Source: Lama glama
Taxonomy: Eukaryota
NCBI GenBank assembly: GCA_028534125.1
Contig: CM052818.1
Location: forward strand, 47,308,001-47,372,000
Reading direction: 5' to 3'
DNA length: 64,000 nucleotides
The position numbers and the translations under genes are program-made. Below, piece after piece: positions 37,409 to 50,410 of this stretch (positions are counted from its first letter, which is position 1; the number at the start of each line of letters is the position of its first letter). The notes below the pieces were generated by a model. It saw nothing but the letters and a program-made list of their open reading frames with translations, was not told the DNA's origin and searched no databases.

Positions 37409-37930
37409 TATAGCAAAGGGCTTACCTTCCCAAAGTGAAGTCTGCCATTTGCCCTTGGCTCCTGGGGGGTGAGTTCTGAGCCCTGGAAGGTCACAACTGA
37501 TAGGGGTGTTTCTGCTGCCTGGTGGGGTGGGGGGGTCCTTGGCTTATAACCAGAGAGGCTTAGGGTGGAGGCTTTGGGTCGCACTGTGTCAGCTCAGCCT
37601 GTGAAGTGGCTGGAGACCAAGGTCAGTCACGTGGGCAGACAACCAGGTTTACAGGATTGGGGCCAACAAACACCCTGGCCAGCAAGGCCTGGCTGAGCCT
37701 CCCTGGAGGGCCATGCTCTGTGCATGTTACCGCATCCCATTGCTGACACGCACGGCTGCCCGCAGCCCTGCCGGGAGGGACGGCTGGCCACTCCGTGCTT
37801 GGAGCTCCCCTGGCTTCTGCCCTGTCCGCTTCTTCCCACTGCTCCCACTGGCTGATGTGGGAGCTGTAGCCTCTCACTGCACTAAACTGTGACCACGAGT
37901 ACAGCCACCTGAGTGAGTTCTGTGTGTCTG
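37409..37930 (+). mobile_element. MER21-type LTR
   Basis: CTTGGCTCCTGGGGG...GAGCCCTGGAA...GGCTGGAGACCAAGGTCAGTCACGTGGGCAG...CTAAACTGTGACCACGAGTACAGC...GTGAGTTCTGTG. Confidence 0.8.
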
Positions 37931-38441
37931 GGTTAAGCTTTTAGACTCACCGTTGCCTCATTAGCGTTACATATATTTTATTTATTTATTTACATCGCTG
38001 AATTGTTATTACATTGAAAACAATCGGAAGACTGAATAGTATGTTCTTGCACTTGTTACCTGAGAGGTCTTGCTATTCATTGTGTAATTGAGACCAATAA
38101 TACTAACAACAACAATAATTACAAAGCAATATGTCACCTGCTTATTTTCAGACACGTTAGGAAGGTTAAATATGATGCCATACTTCGAAGTACTGAGTAA
38201 AATATAAAATTCGATGCAACTGTTAGCTGTGCATGTTTTAATCAGTTGAATTCCCAGTAGATGACTAAAATCTGTGTTGTGAATTCTGTTCAGTCCAATT
38301 TTAGGACATTTCACTTTACAAATAACTCCGCACCTTTTATCCTGCTTAGTCACAACAATAATCTTGCAAGGTGGCTGTTAGTACAGACCCCACACATAGC
38401 GCGCTGAACTGCAGGCGGACCGAGTGACTTGCGTGGGGCGG

Positions 38442-38614
38442 CACAGCTACTGGGCGACAGAGCTGTCAGTCAAGCTAGGCCCCACCCCTTCACAGGCCAC
38501 ACCACGCCCCCACACCACTCTCTTTCCACGGCTACTGGGCGACAGAGCTGCCAATCAAGACAGACCCCACCCCCTTCACAGGCCACCCCCCACCCCCACA
38601 TCACACCGTTTCCA
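38442..38614. repeat. Two-copy tandem duplication, period ~85 bp
   Basis: GCTACTGGGCGACAGAGCTG at 38446 and 38531; CCCCTTCACAGGCCAC occurs in both copies. Confidence 0.95.
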
Positions 38615-38839
38615 GGTGGGAAACTTTGGTAAAGCAGATCAATAGCATTTAATTCTTTTCTGAAACGACACTCTGCCCTTCCTTAAAAGTGAAATCATGG
38701 TCCAATTATTCACGTGGCAAGAAGAATCAGGTTGATATACCCTGTTCTTTTTAGATGATCCTGCTTGGCCTTGATTTGCACGGTGCCGAGGGATGAGAGG
38801 AACCTGTTTCCCAGCCGTAACGGTGGCTGCTAACGTCCT

Positions 38840-39000
38840 AGGAGGGCGCCAGCACTCACCACTGCATCTCATTTAATCCTCACCACAGACTTGTAAGGCC
38901 TGGACTGTTACTGATACTACAGATGCGGGGCCTGGAGTAAAGACATTAAGTCAGGGACGCTCGTAGAAGGGCTAGTCCAAGGCAGAGATGTGTGTCCACC
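38840..39000 (-). mobile_element. MIR SINE
   Basis: ATCTCATTTAATCCTCACCACAGAC...TACAGATGCGGGGCCTGGAG. Confidence 0.75.
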
Positions 39001-39559
39001 AGGCAGTGCCTTGGAGGCTCCGTCGCTCAGCTCTGGCCCTCGGTAGTGTAACCCCCGCTTCTCTTGTTTCCCTTTGGTCCAGACCTGCTCACAGGGAAAG
39101 ACATCCGCGGCCAGACTGGGCTGGCAGATGACAGTCACCTGTGCGTTTTCCAAGTGCATTAAGAATGTCTCAAAACACGTCTGGGTAGTGGTCAGCGTGG
39201 TTTTTATTGCTTGGAGACTTCAGGAAGAGCCATGAACTTCACTGCTTTCCACTAAAAAAAGTCTCCCCTGTGTGGAGAATAATTGAGAAATCTCAATCCC
39301 AGGAATGATGCCTTGGTAGAAAATTTAAATGTTAGGAATTGAAAGTCCAGGATGGAAATGCTTTCTTATCTTCAGAAAGGCTGATGGTACAGTAACACTA
39401 ATGGTTTAAAAACATGCAACGACAGAAAATCAAAATGTCTTACTCAAACTGCACTCATGCCGGACCCAGGAATGGTGCTGCTCCCACATGCAAAGAGCCA
39501 GGTGTCTCTGCTGTTCATCCCCAGATGACAAAAGCTTGCAGACGAGGTAGGACAACTGT

Positions 39560-39680
39560 GAACTTTGCAAGCAGACTGCCTTGGTCTGAGGTTCTCTCCC
39601 TGGCGGTTGCTAACTGTGGGACCCAGGGCTGTTTCTTATCTTGTGCAAACCTCAACTTTCTCATCCATAAAATGGGAATT
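39560..39680 (+). mobile_element. MIR SINE
   Basis: CAGACTGCCTTGG...TAACTGTGGGACC...ACCTCAACTTTCTCATCCATAAAATGGGAAT. Confidence 0.8.
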
Positions 39681-40944
39681 AAACAACAGCCAGGCTGCAC
39701 ATGCTCACACGGGTACCACCTAGAGGGCAACTTCATTGCTTCTCTTCCCACTGTAAGCCTCCTGCCCTGAGAGTTACTGAGGGAAAGGGCTCGGGTGTTG
39801 CTTCTTCTGTTTCCGCAGTGAAATGCTACACGGTACACATTCAGTACAAGCAAGACATGTGGAAATCATCTTTCTTCCTTGTCTTTTAGGGAAGACAGTT
39901 TCTAAAACTCAGGTTGAGTTTAGTGATAAAAAGGGAAGACAGGAAAGCAGTGAGGAATGTTTGGATCGAAGCAAAAAGAGCACCCTCATTTCTGGCTTTG
40001 ATTTCTTTAAACACTCCCCCAAATCATAGACATTATTCCATCTAATTTAGAGAAACCGAAGGCCATTCACTGAGCAAATAGGAAAACCCATTTTCAGTGA
40101 GTTTATTGTTATTTATTATTATTTATTATTATTGCACCTATCCTATTTAGTTAACGTTGCCTTTTCTAAAAGTGTGCCTCCCATAGAGCAATTACGAGTC
40201 AAAGACAAAAAAAAAAATTGTAAATTAATCAGTGCTTACATCGTAAACAATGTAGCTAAATAGGGGCTCGGTGGAAGCAATGCTGGCAAAAGCAGTAAGC
40301 CTTTAAAATGTGTATTTTGGAGTAAAAGTAACTTGTAATGACCATTCCTTTCTTAGTTTCATTTTAGTTCATTGGGTAGATATTAGCAGAGGCTATCTGG
40401 ATGCATTCACACATCTTGGGTCTGTATCCTTGGCAGGGCTGTGGAGTGATGTAATGTTCATTTCACCAAGATGGCAGAGTCTTCTCATCCCCCTGGCTCG
40501 TTCCCAGGGAGGGCTCAGCTGTGAGGACTTAGTGGTCTGGAACAGCCGGTCTCCTCTTTCCTCTGGAGGGTGACGTGGCACACCCACACGTGAGCCGCTC
40601 TTGTTAGTGTTTGTGGGAGCTCTGTGGCTCTGTGGAGATTTAGCCTTTACACAGTTCCACACTGGGGACCCAAGTGTTTCTTTCTGTCCTCCTGATTTGC
40701 AGTTTACTGGATTTACGCCTGTAAGGGCACCACCCGTTTCTCAAAGTCATCCCCCAAACCAGGCCAATCAAATTGGCTAAACAGCGTTCTCTAATGAAGC
40801 TTCCCCAGAGACAGAAGGAATGCTCAACAGCAGCCCCTTTCTGGGCACTTTCTCTGTGCCAAGCACCGCGGGTTGCCTTACGTGTTATCTGCGGTCCTCG
40901 CCGGCACCCTGTGTAGTGGGCGCTGTTAAGACTGACAGCCACTG

Positions 40945-41140
40945 CATCATGGAAGTTAAGAGAGTAAGACCCAGATAGACTGGTAGGATGTCACAACGAT
41001 GCCGCTTCCTCATCATGGGCCTTTGGACAAGTCATCCAATCTCGCTAAGCCTCTGTCCTCTCATCTGTAAAATGGGGATCCTGCTGTCTCCTTCTTAGAC
41101 TGTGGTCAGGGCTGCCTCACCTAACACGTTGCCTGGCACG
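40945..41140 (+). mobile_element. MIR SINE
   Basis: CTTTGGACAAGTCATCCAATCTCGCTAAGCCTCTGTCCTCTCATCTGTAAAATGGGGAT. Confidence 0.88.
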
Positions 41141-41898
41141 TGGAGAGAGCGCGATAGACATGACCGCCACCTTCACTGTGCAAACCGGGCTGAGTGCAGA
41201 AAGGTGACAATCACTGTCCCCTATACCCTTCATGTCTCTCCCAGACAAAGAATACAGCCATGTAACTTTTCAGTTTTAAGCACAGAGCCCATTGCTCCCA
41301 GGACCTCGTTTTAATGGTAAGGAGGTAGTGGGTAGATTTCTCCTCCAGCGTCCTCAGAGGCACCTCCCTGGTGATTTCTCAACTAATTTTTAGTCCATCT
41401 TCAAAATGGGCTTTGACCCTCTTCTATTTATAGAGATCCACTTTGGACTCTCAGCCTCACCCTCATCATCTTTTCTTTGTTCTGTCCTTGAGAACCTGTC
41501 AAAACCAAGGATTAATAATCCTAAAAGCAGGTAGGCTGAAGCCCCTGGTCCTTGTCCTCCAGATAGAGCTGAAAGGGGCATGTGGACCCCAAAGTCCTCA
41601 TCTCCATCACCTGAGCCAATCCCCGTCACTGGCAGGAATCAGTCTTGTACTAAAGTCTATCATTATACTAGACACCTGCATGTGACAGCCACCCCGCAGG
41701 ACAGCTTCAGTGTCCTCTCTTAGCCTCATAGTGCACCAGGACGTCTGCTGGAAGAAATTCTTTGTGTAACAGTCCATCTCCACATAGTGCGTACAGAATT
41801 CTCAAACTGAGCTATCACTCTCTGCATATATTTCTCTATTATAACTATGCAAGCTTAAGAGTCAAGAGGTGCAGAGGGGCTGAGTCCCTGGCATGCCC

Positions 41899-42325
41899 TG
41901 TTGCAGGTTGGGTTCTGGGGAAATTAACTCTGAGATGACACTTTAGCATGAAGGAGGTTTATAGGGGAATGTCTTGTGCTCAACACCTATGGAAAGGAGA
42001 GGAAGGAAGCGGAAGGCAGAAGGAGAACCCAGCGTCAGTGAACGCCCAGAGAGCCTCAGCTTCTCAATGGGAAGCTTACAAACTAAACTGTCCCTTCAGA
42101 AGAGTCCCTGAGGTGGGTTGGGATGGCTAGAGTTTTATTACTTGCCCTCATCCCCAACCCTGTGGACCAGCCATGCATGTAGATCTCCCCAGAGGAGGCA
42201 TGATCTTGAACCAGCTCTCTGTAGCCAAGGCGACCTCTGAAGGTCTGTGCACGAACATCTCCAGCCCCGGGAGCAGCCAGTTCTTCATTGACGGACCGTT
42301 GGGTACATCATAAAGTCCATGAACT
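41899..42325. mobile_element. LTR16-type ERVL solo LTR
   Basis: TGTTGCAGGTTGGGTTC...ACTCTGAGATG...GGAGGTTTATAGGGGA...CAACACCTATGGAA...GCCTCAGC...CCCTTCAGAAGAGTCCC. Confidence 0.75.
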
Positions 42326-42529
42326 GCCCCACCCCCTACACACACACATTCTGCATGAGCTTAAATGACGCAGCCACTTCCCCATGGCAGCCATCGTGCT
42401 CAGACCCAGCACAGGAAACCCAATGAGGATAATTCCCCCAGGTCTCTGGCTTAGGATGGTCCAGGGCTACGAGAAGATGGAGGGGAAGGAAAGAGAGGGA
42501 AAAAGGTAAGGAGAAGGATGGAGAGTAAG

Positions 42530-42680
42530 AAGGGAACTAACGTTTACTGAGCACCACGTTGTGTCGGGCATGGTGGCAGGTGGTTCATACCCTTAACTTT
42601 TGCCACCTCCCTTAGAAAACACGATGCATCTAATTGCCATTTTACAGATAAAGAATCGGGCTCAATAAGTGAGCAGCAAG
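42530..42680 (-). mobile_element. MIR SINE
   Basis: ACTAACGTTTACTGAGCACC...CCATTTTACAGATAAAGAATCGGGCTCA. Confidence 0.8.
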
Positions 42681-43199
42681 CTCAGTGAGCGCTTCATCTT
42701 AAGTCTTTTTTGCTCTAAATTCTGCGTCTGGAGCTGTGGTGACTCTGGTCCAAGTATGAACACATGAAGACAGAGATCCAGCAGGCGCCCCCGGCATCAG
42801 CTAACAGGGCCCACGCCCTTACGCCCCTCTCTGCCCTCTAAGCCGCCGTGCTTGCTCCCGAGATTGGACCCCAACTTACGTTTTCTACCTTTCTTCTCAT
42901 TTCTTGCCCACGAGCACATCATTCTCTAGCTTCTGACTTATGAACGGTTCTCAGTAAGTATTTTGCAATGAATCTCCAGTGGGAGCCCGAGAGTCAGGGG
43001 TGTGCAGCAGTCCACACCGCGTGTCCTGCCCGGCCCAGCACAGCCCCACCGCATTAACCAACCTCCCTGGTGTCGCAGTGTTAGAAAAGGACCCTTGGAG
43101 GATTGCAAGGGACGGCCCTGGTGGCTTAGGGATCCAAGACAGCGTGCCTTTGAAACATCTCAACAAATAGTATGTTTATATGACACAGTGCACACTTAA

Positions 43200-43390
43200 C
43201 ACGTGTACAGTAATGACTACCATTTACATAATATCTCAACCCACAACATAATGCAAAGGATTTCACCCTTGTTTCAGAGATGAGGCAACTGAGTCATGGA
43301 AAGTTTAAGGAGCGCGCCCAAGGGCACCATGGTGAGGAAGTGGTGCTGCCTGGCTTCAGATCGGGCTCATTCAGACTCTGTGTCTTAGCT
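43200..43390 (-). mobile_element. MIR SINE
   Basis: TTTCAGAGATGAGGCAACTGAGTCATGGAAAGTTTAAGGAGCGCGCCCAAGGGCAC. Confidence 0.85.
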
Positions 43391-45494
43391 CTTGGCTCTG
43401 CCACGCCGAGACATGCACTGTCACACCCCATCCCCCCCCCTTTGTTAGGAGAGCAGCCTGGCAGAAGGGGGTCTATGTGAAGTGCGTGACTATTCTATTT
43501 TATTCCCTCCTCTAGGTCAGGTGAGGAAATATGAGCTGTATGATGCTCCGTAAAGAGTTCACGCGTTTATACACAGAAATACAAGCGTGTCTCCCCCCCT
43601 CCCCCCACCCCGTGCACAGTGCGGATCATGTGAAATGCTTGTTTCTGTTGGATGTGCTGGGGGGGGTATCTATCTTGATCGACACGCTATAAGCAAGTTG
43701 CTAGTGGCCCTCCTCACCTGGCGCACTGGCCTGCGCCCTGGCACACGCACATGCTCCCCTGCCGTCTGCGAGCACCCTCTCTGGAATGTTTGCTCAGAGC
43801 CCGTCCTGCCCCCGCCGAGCCTCAGGGCGGGCCCCTTGCACAGGTGTGAGCGTGGGTGGGAAGCTATTTTCTAAACAAGTGAGAAAAATGACAAAGTGAA
43901 CAGAAAAACCACAGAAGCAACCATGGTGCAAAATAAAAAAAAATGCAGACAGAAGAGGGAGGAAGTGAGACTATAAGGTGGTTTAAGGAATGGGTTGGGG
44001 CAGGGAAAGGAACGGAGACAAGGAGAGAAAAAGGAAGAACCTAACTTGGCCACACGCCCCTCTGAGCACAAATGAATCTAGCGGTTGTGTGTGTAAATCC
44101 ATTTTTCCGACTCCCTCCCGGTAGCAGCCGTGAGATGCTCTTCAGTGGGGTGTTAGAGGTTTGGTTTTGCAGTTGATTTTGTCAAATTACTGATGGCTTT
44201 GCTCAACAGGGCCAAAGGCTGTCAACACAGACCTCATTTGTGCACTTGCAACCTCAGCGGCTCCACATCGCATCACTTAGGGTACTAGGGAGACTCTTTC
44301 GGTTTTTGTAGTTTCATTTCTGTGAGACGCGTGGTTAAAAATCCTATCTACTGTTTGCTTGTTACCTACCAGGCTGGGCTCGCGTGAGGCCTTCAGCTAC
44401 CAGCCGGCTCAACAGGGAAGGCAGGGGGAGAGACGGGATGTAGGGGCACTGCTTTCTTAGGGCTTCCCTTAAGCCCCGAAAGTGCCTCCTTCCTGCAAGA
44501 TTTCAGCCACGATCTGTAATCAATTAGCTAACTAGCTCCCCCTTTTGAAACCTTTCATTCCGATAAAAACTGCATAATACTATAAAGAGATGATCTAACA
44601 TCAGACTAGTCTTTGTTTATGGCCATCCTGGGAACCAATTGCGTCAGGAAAAAAATGTGGAAGGATGTGTTAAAACCTGTCCACACATCAAACCTGCAAC
44701 TGTGCCATCATTTTAATTAGGTTTACAGCTTTCAAGTCATCTTTTCTAACTGAAGGAAAGGAATCAGAGACATTTACCTATAGAGTTCGCTTAAAGCCGC
44801 TCCTGGTTTAAAGAGTTTGGTAGGAAAGATGGTGAAATTTCTCACCCAAAAATAAGAGTTTATATTACTGTCAGAAACTGAGACTCAACAAAACGCCGCG
44901 CCACCTGCATGATTTATTTTGTAGCGTTATTATTTTATTTTTGTTTTGATCCAGACATTTTTCTCCCTTCGTCTTACACTGAAAGCAAAAAAAAGCTTTG
45001 ACTAATTCTAACAACTCAAGCAATGAAGCTATTATGCGTTGCACAAATTTCAGAGTGAGCAGTGCAGCCGTTACATGGTGTTCACGTTTCAGGTGAGAGT
45101 AATGGCAGAGAGGTACTGAAAAGCCACCCCAGGGCTCAAATAGGCAGCCCCAGGCCACGGTGGGGAGCCTGCCTTAAGCGATCTGTAGCACCCACATTCA
45201 CTTCTTTTTTTTTCAACTTTATTGAGGAATAATTGACAAATATAACATATGCACGGACTCCCGGCAGTAAGGGCCAGCATTCTGGCTCCCCTCCCATGTC
45301 CCACCCCGTGTTCGAGCCAGTGTGTCCTGCTGGGATCCAGCATTTTGCCTCCAGATGTGGCTCTGGTCTTGCTTCGAGGGCCAGCCCTCGGCTGTGTTGA
45401 CGGTGTCGTCTAATTACTGCTTCAGATGATCTGTGCTATTTCAAGGCCTCGTCTTTGACAGTATCTTCTTTTTAAAAACTGAGCTTACTACTTC

Positions 45495-45981
45495 TGGGGA
45501 GGAAGAAAGCTTTTCTGTACCTGTCAAAGGCTCTTTTGGCTGGTCTAGTAATTGAATGGACATGAAACAGATTAACAGGAGAAAATCAGATTGAATTTCA
45601 TACGTACAGGAACCCCTCCCACAGCCCCCACACACATGAGAGGTCCAGAGACAGAAAGATAAAATGGGGCACACACACCATCCTGAGCTAAGGAATGGGA
45701 TGGGCCGGGGGCTTCCAGGAACAGGAAGGTCATTCACAGGACAGTAAGAAAAAGAGAAGATGCTCTGTGATTAGAAGTTTGCCCTGCCAGGCAGGTGTGG
45801 CCACTTAGATAAAATGCATTCTAAGAATTATGGTGATGACTATTGTTTCTGGGAAAAAATCCCCAATTTAAATTTTTCTAGGTAGTTAAGAGAGAAGCAA
45901 TAGTTCCTCTTGAGCCCACGGCGTCTTGATTGCCTTTAGTTCAAAATAATCCACATGCCAGAGCAGCACATATTGGGGGGG
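45495..45981 (-). mobile_element. MER34/MER39-like ERV1 solo LTR
   Basis: GACATGAAACAGATTAACAGGAGAAAA...CTTGATTGCCTTTAGTTCAAAATAATCCACATGCCAGAGCAGCACATATTGGGG...TTCTGAAGCCCCACA. Confidence 0.8.
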
Positions 45982-47829
45982 GGCGGTTCTGAAGCCCCAC
46001 AGCGTCAAGATGAAACAACACAATTAAGCAAATAAAGCAGAACGTGGGCCACGGACCCATCGGTTTCTAACATGGTGTAGATACACTTTCAAAATGCAGT
46101 GAGTTGAATTGCATCAGACTTAACTTGATTAAACTGATCATTTTCTGTCAAAGCTGGAAGGAACCTGAGATGATTTACCTCCAGAGAGAAGTGAGATCCA
46201 GAGAAGGGAACTGGTATCAGGCAGGCAGAGTGTCAGCTCAGAGCTGGGATTAGCTCTGTACTAACTAACACCTCTGTTAATTAATGCATTAATATCAACA
46301 TTCTTAATATACATGCTTCAAGGTTGGTGAGCAATTTGCTTTAAGAAGATGTCGAAAAGGGACACTATTTCACTGTCTTCCATTCAGCATCTCCCCAAAT
46401 GGCACATACTTTTAAAAACGAACAGTGGTATCGATGTTCGTTAGAAATTTAAAAACACGCATTATGCTCAAAACACAGAGTTTCTTAGACAGGAACATGT
46501 GGCTTGCAGGCCGTGGGGAGAAGGTCACCGGTAATAAAAGCTGGATTGAGTCTGCCGGTGGCAACCCCTCTCAGCGACCAGCAGCCATCTGGATCGTCCA
46601 CGCGGAGGCCAGATTGCCTGTTATGTCCACCAAGTGAGTTGTCTTGCCCTGGAAAAACAAAATACAAAACATCAACAAAAGAAACATGTCATCTTCCTGT
46701 CTTCCTCCACAGAAATGAGCGTTCTTGCAGCTTGCATTGATGGCACAGACCCTGAGCTCATCTCTGCAAATCTGGAGGGTGACAACTGCCAGGGGGGTGT
46801 CTGGACAAGAATCCGATGGGCCGGGAGAGGATTCCAGGCAAGGACGCCACAAGAAAGCATTTACAGTGTTGTCTCCCTTGCAGCCACCGGGAGTTTAAGA
46901 AAACTATACCTATTTGTTAACTAAATAAAAAACCTTGGTTCACATTGCTGAATGGAAGATGGAAGTTTGGGGCTGTTTGTCTGCAGGGCTCTCACACTCT
47001 GCCAGTCCCTTTCTTTTGTGTCTAAGAATAAGCAAATTACTGCAAGGCTGAAAAAAAATCTCTCCTTTAAAAAAAAAAAAAGAACTGGTTTGATTTGGCA
47101 TTTAATTGGGGTTTTTGTCTCTGTTTTGGATTAGTAACTCTCCCGCTGAGAAGGTGGTGGTCCTCACTTTTCTTTCAAGTTCCTTCTGAAGTTGTATTAA
47201 TTTTGCTGTGAATTGTTTTGTGACCGGAGCGTGTGTCTTTCTGGACCAGCATTCTGCTGTCAGTGGGGTACAGCGACACAAATATTTCCCCAAGTAAAAC
47301 GGCAGCATTTATCAAATCACTTGTAGCCATTTTGCTTCGCAGGCCTGTGAATTTTATATCCATCCATAAAATATCTGTCTCACAAGGCACACAGTGAAAT
47401 ACCTTTTATAAACGGCTTCACAGGGGATGATCTGCATCGACCAAATTATTTTATTTGCTGTAAAAAGTCTGTAATTGTGATGCCACATCTTACATTGACG
47501 CCCACACCAAGGGTCGAGGGATGGATATAAATAATCAGACAACATATTATCAACAATAATCAGAAATCTCAAACCACCTTTTGGATTTACCTTGACATTG
47601 GCAACTAGGATACTGGGGTGGCACCCCGTGCCACTGAAACAGGGAAACGTTTATGGATAGTTTAGATAAAACGTTCTCGTGTAAATCCGCGTCTAAACGA
47701 CTTTTATAAAGAACCCATTTTATTCTGCTTTCTAAATCAAAGAAATCAGAGGCATGCTCAAGGTGCCTTCACGAAGAGAACAAAAGCTCATTCACAAAAC
47801 ATATGCCAAGTTTCGAAACCGGAGCGTGT

Positions 47830-48081
47830 GAGGCATCACGCGGGGCTGAGGGCGGTGTGGGGTTCAAAACAGGGAGACCGATCTCTTACTTATTCACTAC
47901 TTGTCAACCTAGGACAAATTTCTTAAACTTCGCTTTCCTCATCCATAAAATGGGGCTAAATCACGACCTATCTTATAGGGCCATTATAAGGATAAAAAGA
48001 GTTAAAATACATAACGCATTTAGAACAGCGCATGAGATGTAGCAAACACCATGCATTTACCATTATTGTTGTTAATGTTAC

Positions 48082-48112
<31 letters not shown>
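47830..48112 (+). mobile_element. MIR SINE with (ATT)n tail
   Basis: CCTAGGACAAATTTCTTAAACTTCGCTTTCCTCATCCATAAAATGGGG...ATAAGGATAAAAAGAGTTAA; (ATT)n at ~48083-48112. Confidence 0.85.
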
Positions 48113-49854
48113 TCCCAATGCATCTATCTACTGACTGTTTTCTTAGACCTCTGGGCTGCTGGAGTACATATGTGTAAGGAAAATGAGACAATATGCTGGA
48201 TTCCTTTATCTCAGCTGCGTTTTCATTCTAGCAGAAGCACATGTGTGTTAAAACCTGGATCTCGTCATGACAGAAACACTCACTTTTTTGTGAAAAGCAA
48301 ATAGATATTTTACTAGCATTCATTTGGATCATACATACATACAGTGGGTGGTAGAATGGTTAGTCGTAAATGTTACTAATATAGATTTAATATGCAAAAG
48401 TTAAAGTAAGAGGAAAATCCAATGATATTGTTGATTATAGATTTTTACTACTAAAATAATAGTGAGATACGTATTTTAGAAATACATAAAAGGCAAAAAA
48501 TGACTCTGATTGAATACAAAATATATACAATCACCTCATTCATCGCTAAAAAGATGGTGAGCTGCTGACATTCATTTTGACGGCTAGCACCCCAAACTAT
48601 ACAGCTGAGGGACACCTCAGACAGTTATTATAATAATTGAGTCTTGTTCAGATAAGCCTGTGGCTTCATTTCCATGAGCTGAACCTAAATTTCTGAGATA
48701 ATGCTGGAAAGCTGAAATGATGATTTATGAAGTATGTCAACACCGTTTTCTCTCGGTTTTTAAAAAAATTCATGGCAAAGAAGACATGCTTGAGGGGCTA
48801 GGTTGTTGAAATGGGTTAGCCTTTGGAGGGATTTTTACGAAAAACTTTTTATATTGTGTCTTATTAAGACAGTTCTTAGCAAGAAACTATTCAAAGCAGT
48901 TTCCCCTTAGAAAGGAAACATGTTTTTACACTAAATTTATTTTAACATTACTTAAAAAGCATTGAAGTAGTATTTAAATATTCTGGAAAAGATAATATAA
49001 AACATTCCGGTATATTTTTTAAAGGGGAGAAACCGTAACCCAGCATCATAACAAAATCACGTTCCTTTTGGCATCTTTTCTCCAGTCTTCCTCCCAAAGA
49101 AGAAAAAACTCTATTTATTTTTCATACGAAGCTGGGATCTCATTAAATATTAAGCCAGTGCTATCATCTTTAAAAGGCAAACACAGCAGAAGAGTAAGAT
49201 TACGATCTACTAGTCACTTATTTTTTTATTAGTAATAAATCACTAGTAAATTTTTTTATTATTACTATTTTCTTCTCCTGCTTAGCAGAATAAAACGAGG
49301 CTGAGGGGCTATTTGAGGGAGAATGAGTTGGGATGGTGATCTTAAAACCCAGAGCGTCATAGGAAGTGAGGCCATGAAGAAGAGGGTTCATAGTGGTAGG
49401 CAGGAGGGTACCCCCTGCTCAGCAACATTTGAGGAGATTTGTTTGCTCCCCTCCCTTTCTTCCCCAGGACCTAGATCGTATACCAGTCCAAGCTCATCAT
49501 AGGTCAATAAAGCTTAGTGGACTGTTCTGAGAACCTAAGCATTATTTATAACAATGACCTAGATGCTCAATAACCAATATTCAATTTAACGTGTGCATCA
49601 TAATCCCTGTGGGAAGATGGACCCTTTACTGCTTTTGCTAGTGTGAAGCCATGCTATTTTTCGAACAGCTTGGGATATAATGACCATAAATAACCCTAGG
49701 GTCATCTAATCTCAACCCTCAGCAGAGAGGGTGAGTGACTTGCTATAAGGCATACTGCTAGTTAATGAATAGGGAACCTAGATTTCAGTTAAATCCCTTT
49801 AATTCCCTTGATTCTTATCTGTGAGGCATCCTTTAATCTGTAACAGTTCCTGTC

Positions 49855-50410
49855 TGTATTAGCTAGCGTGCTCCAGAGAAAGAGAATCAACGAGAGAGAG
49901 AGAGAGAGAATAATATAAGGAACTGGCTTATATCATGGAGGCTGAGAAGCTCCAAGAGCTGCAGTTAACAGCGTGAAGACCCAGGGGACCCCGTGGTGCA
50001 AGCGCCAGTTCAAGTCTGAGGGTCAGAGAACCAGGGTGGCTGATGGTGCAAGTTCCATCCAGAGGTCTGGCCCCAGGCGAGGCAATGGTGCGATTTCAAT
50101 GAATCTGAAACCCTGAGAAGCAGGAGAGTCGATGGTGTAGCCCTAGTCTGAAGGCAGGAGAAGACCAGTGACAAGCACACAGAGTTTCCTTCTTCCTCAA
50201 CCTTCTTATTCTATTTGTGCCTTCAATTAATTGGATTGTCTTCAGTTAACGGGATGAGGCCCAGCCACACAAGGGAGGGCTATCTGCTTTCCTCAGTCTG
50301 ATGACTCAGATGTTAGTCTCATCGAGAAACACCCTCACAGGCACACCCAAAATAATGTTTGACCAAATGTCTGGGTACTCTGAATGCTGACACTAAAATG
50401 AACCGTCACA
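49855..50410 (-). mobile_element. MLT2 (ERVL) solo LTR with 5-bp target-site duplication
   Basis: TGTATTAG...CTCCAGAGAAA...(AG)n...ATAAGGAACTGGCT...ATGAGGCCCAGCCACA...GAAACACCCTCACAG...AAATGAACCGTCACA. Flanks CTGTC (49850-49854) and TTGTC (50411-50415). Confidence 0.92.

Noticed and set aside
38442..38614. CRISPR-like array
   Set aside because: Mammalian DNA, only two units, homologous along their whole length (no unique spacers), and no cas genes.
49975..50160. Internal ~50-bp repeats (CCAGG...ATGGTGCAAGTTCC)
   Set aside because: Internal repetition is a normal feature of MLT2 LTRs.
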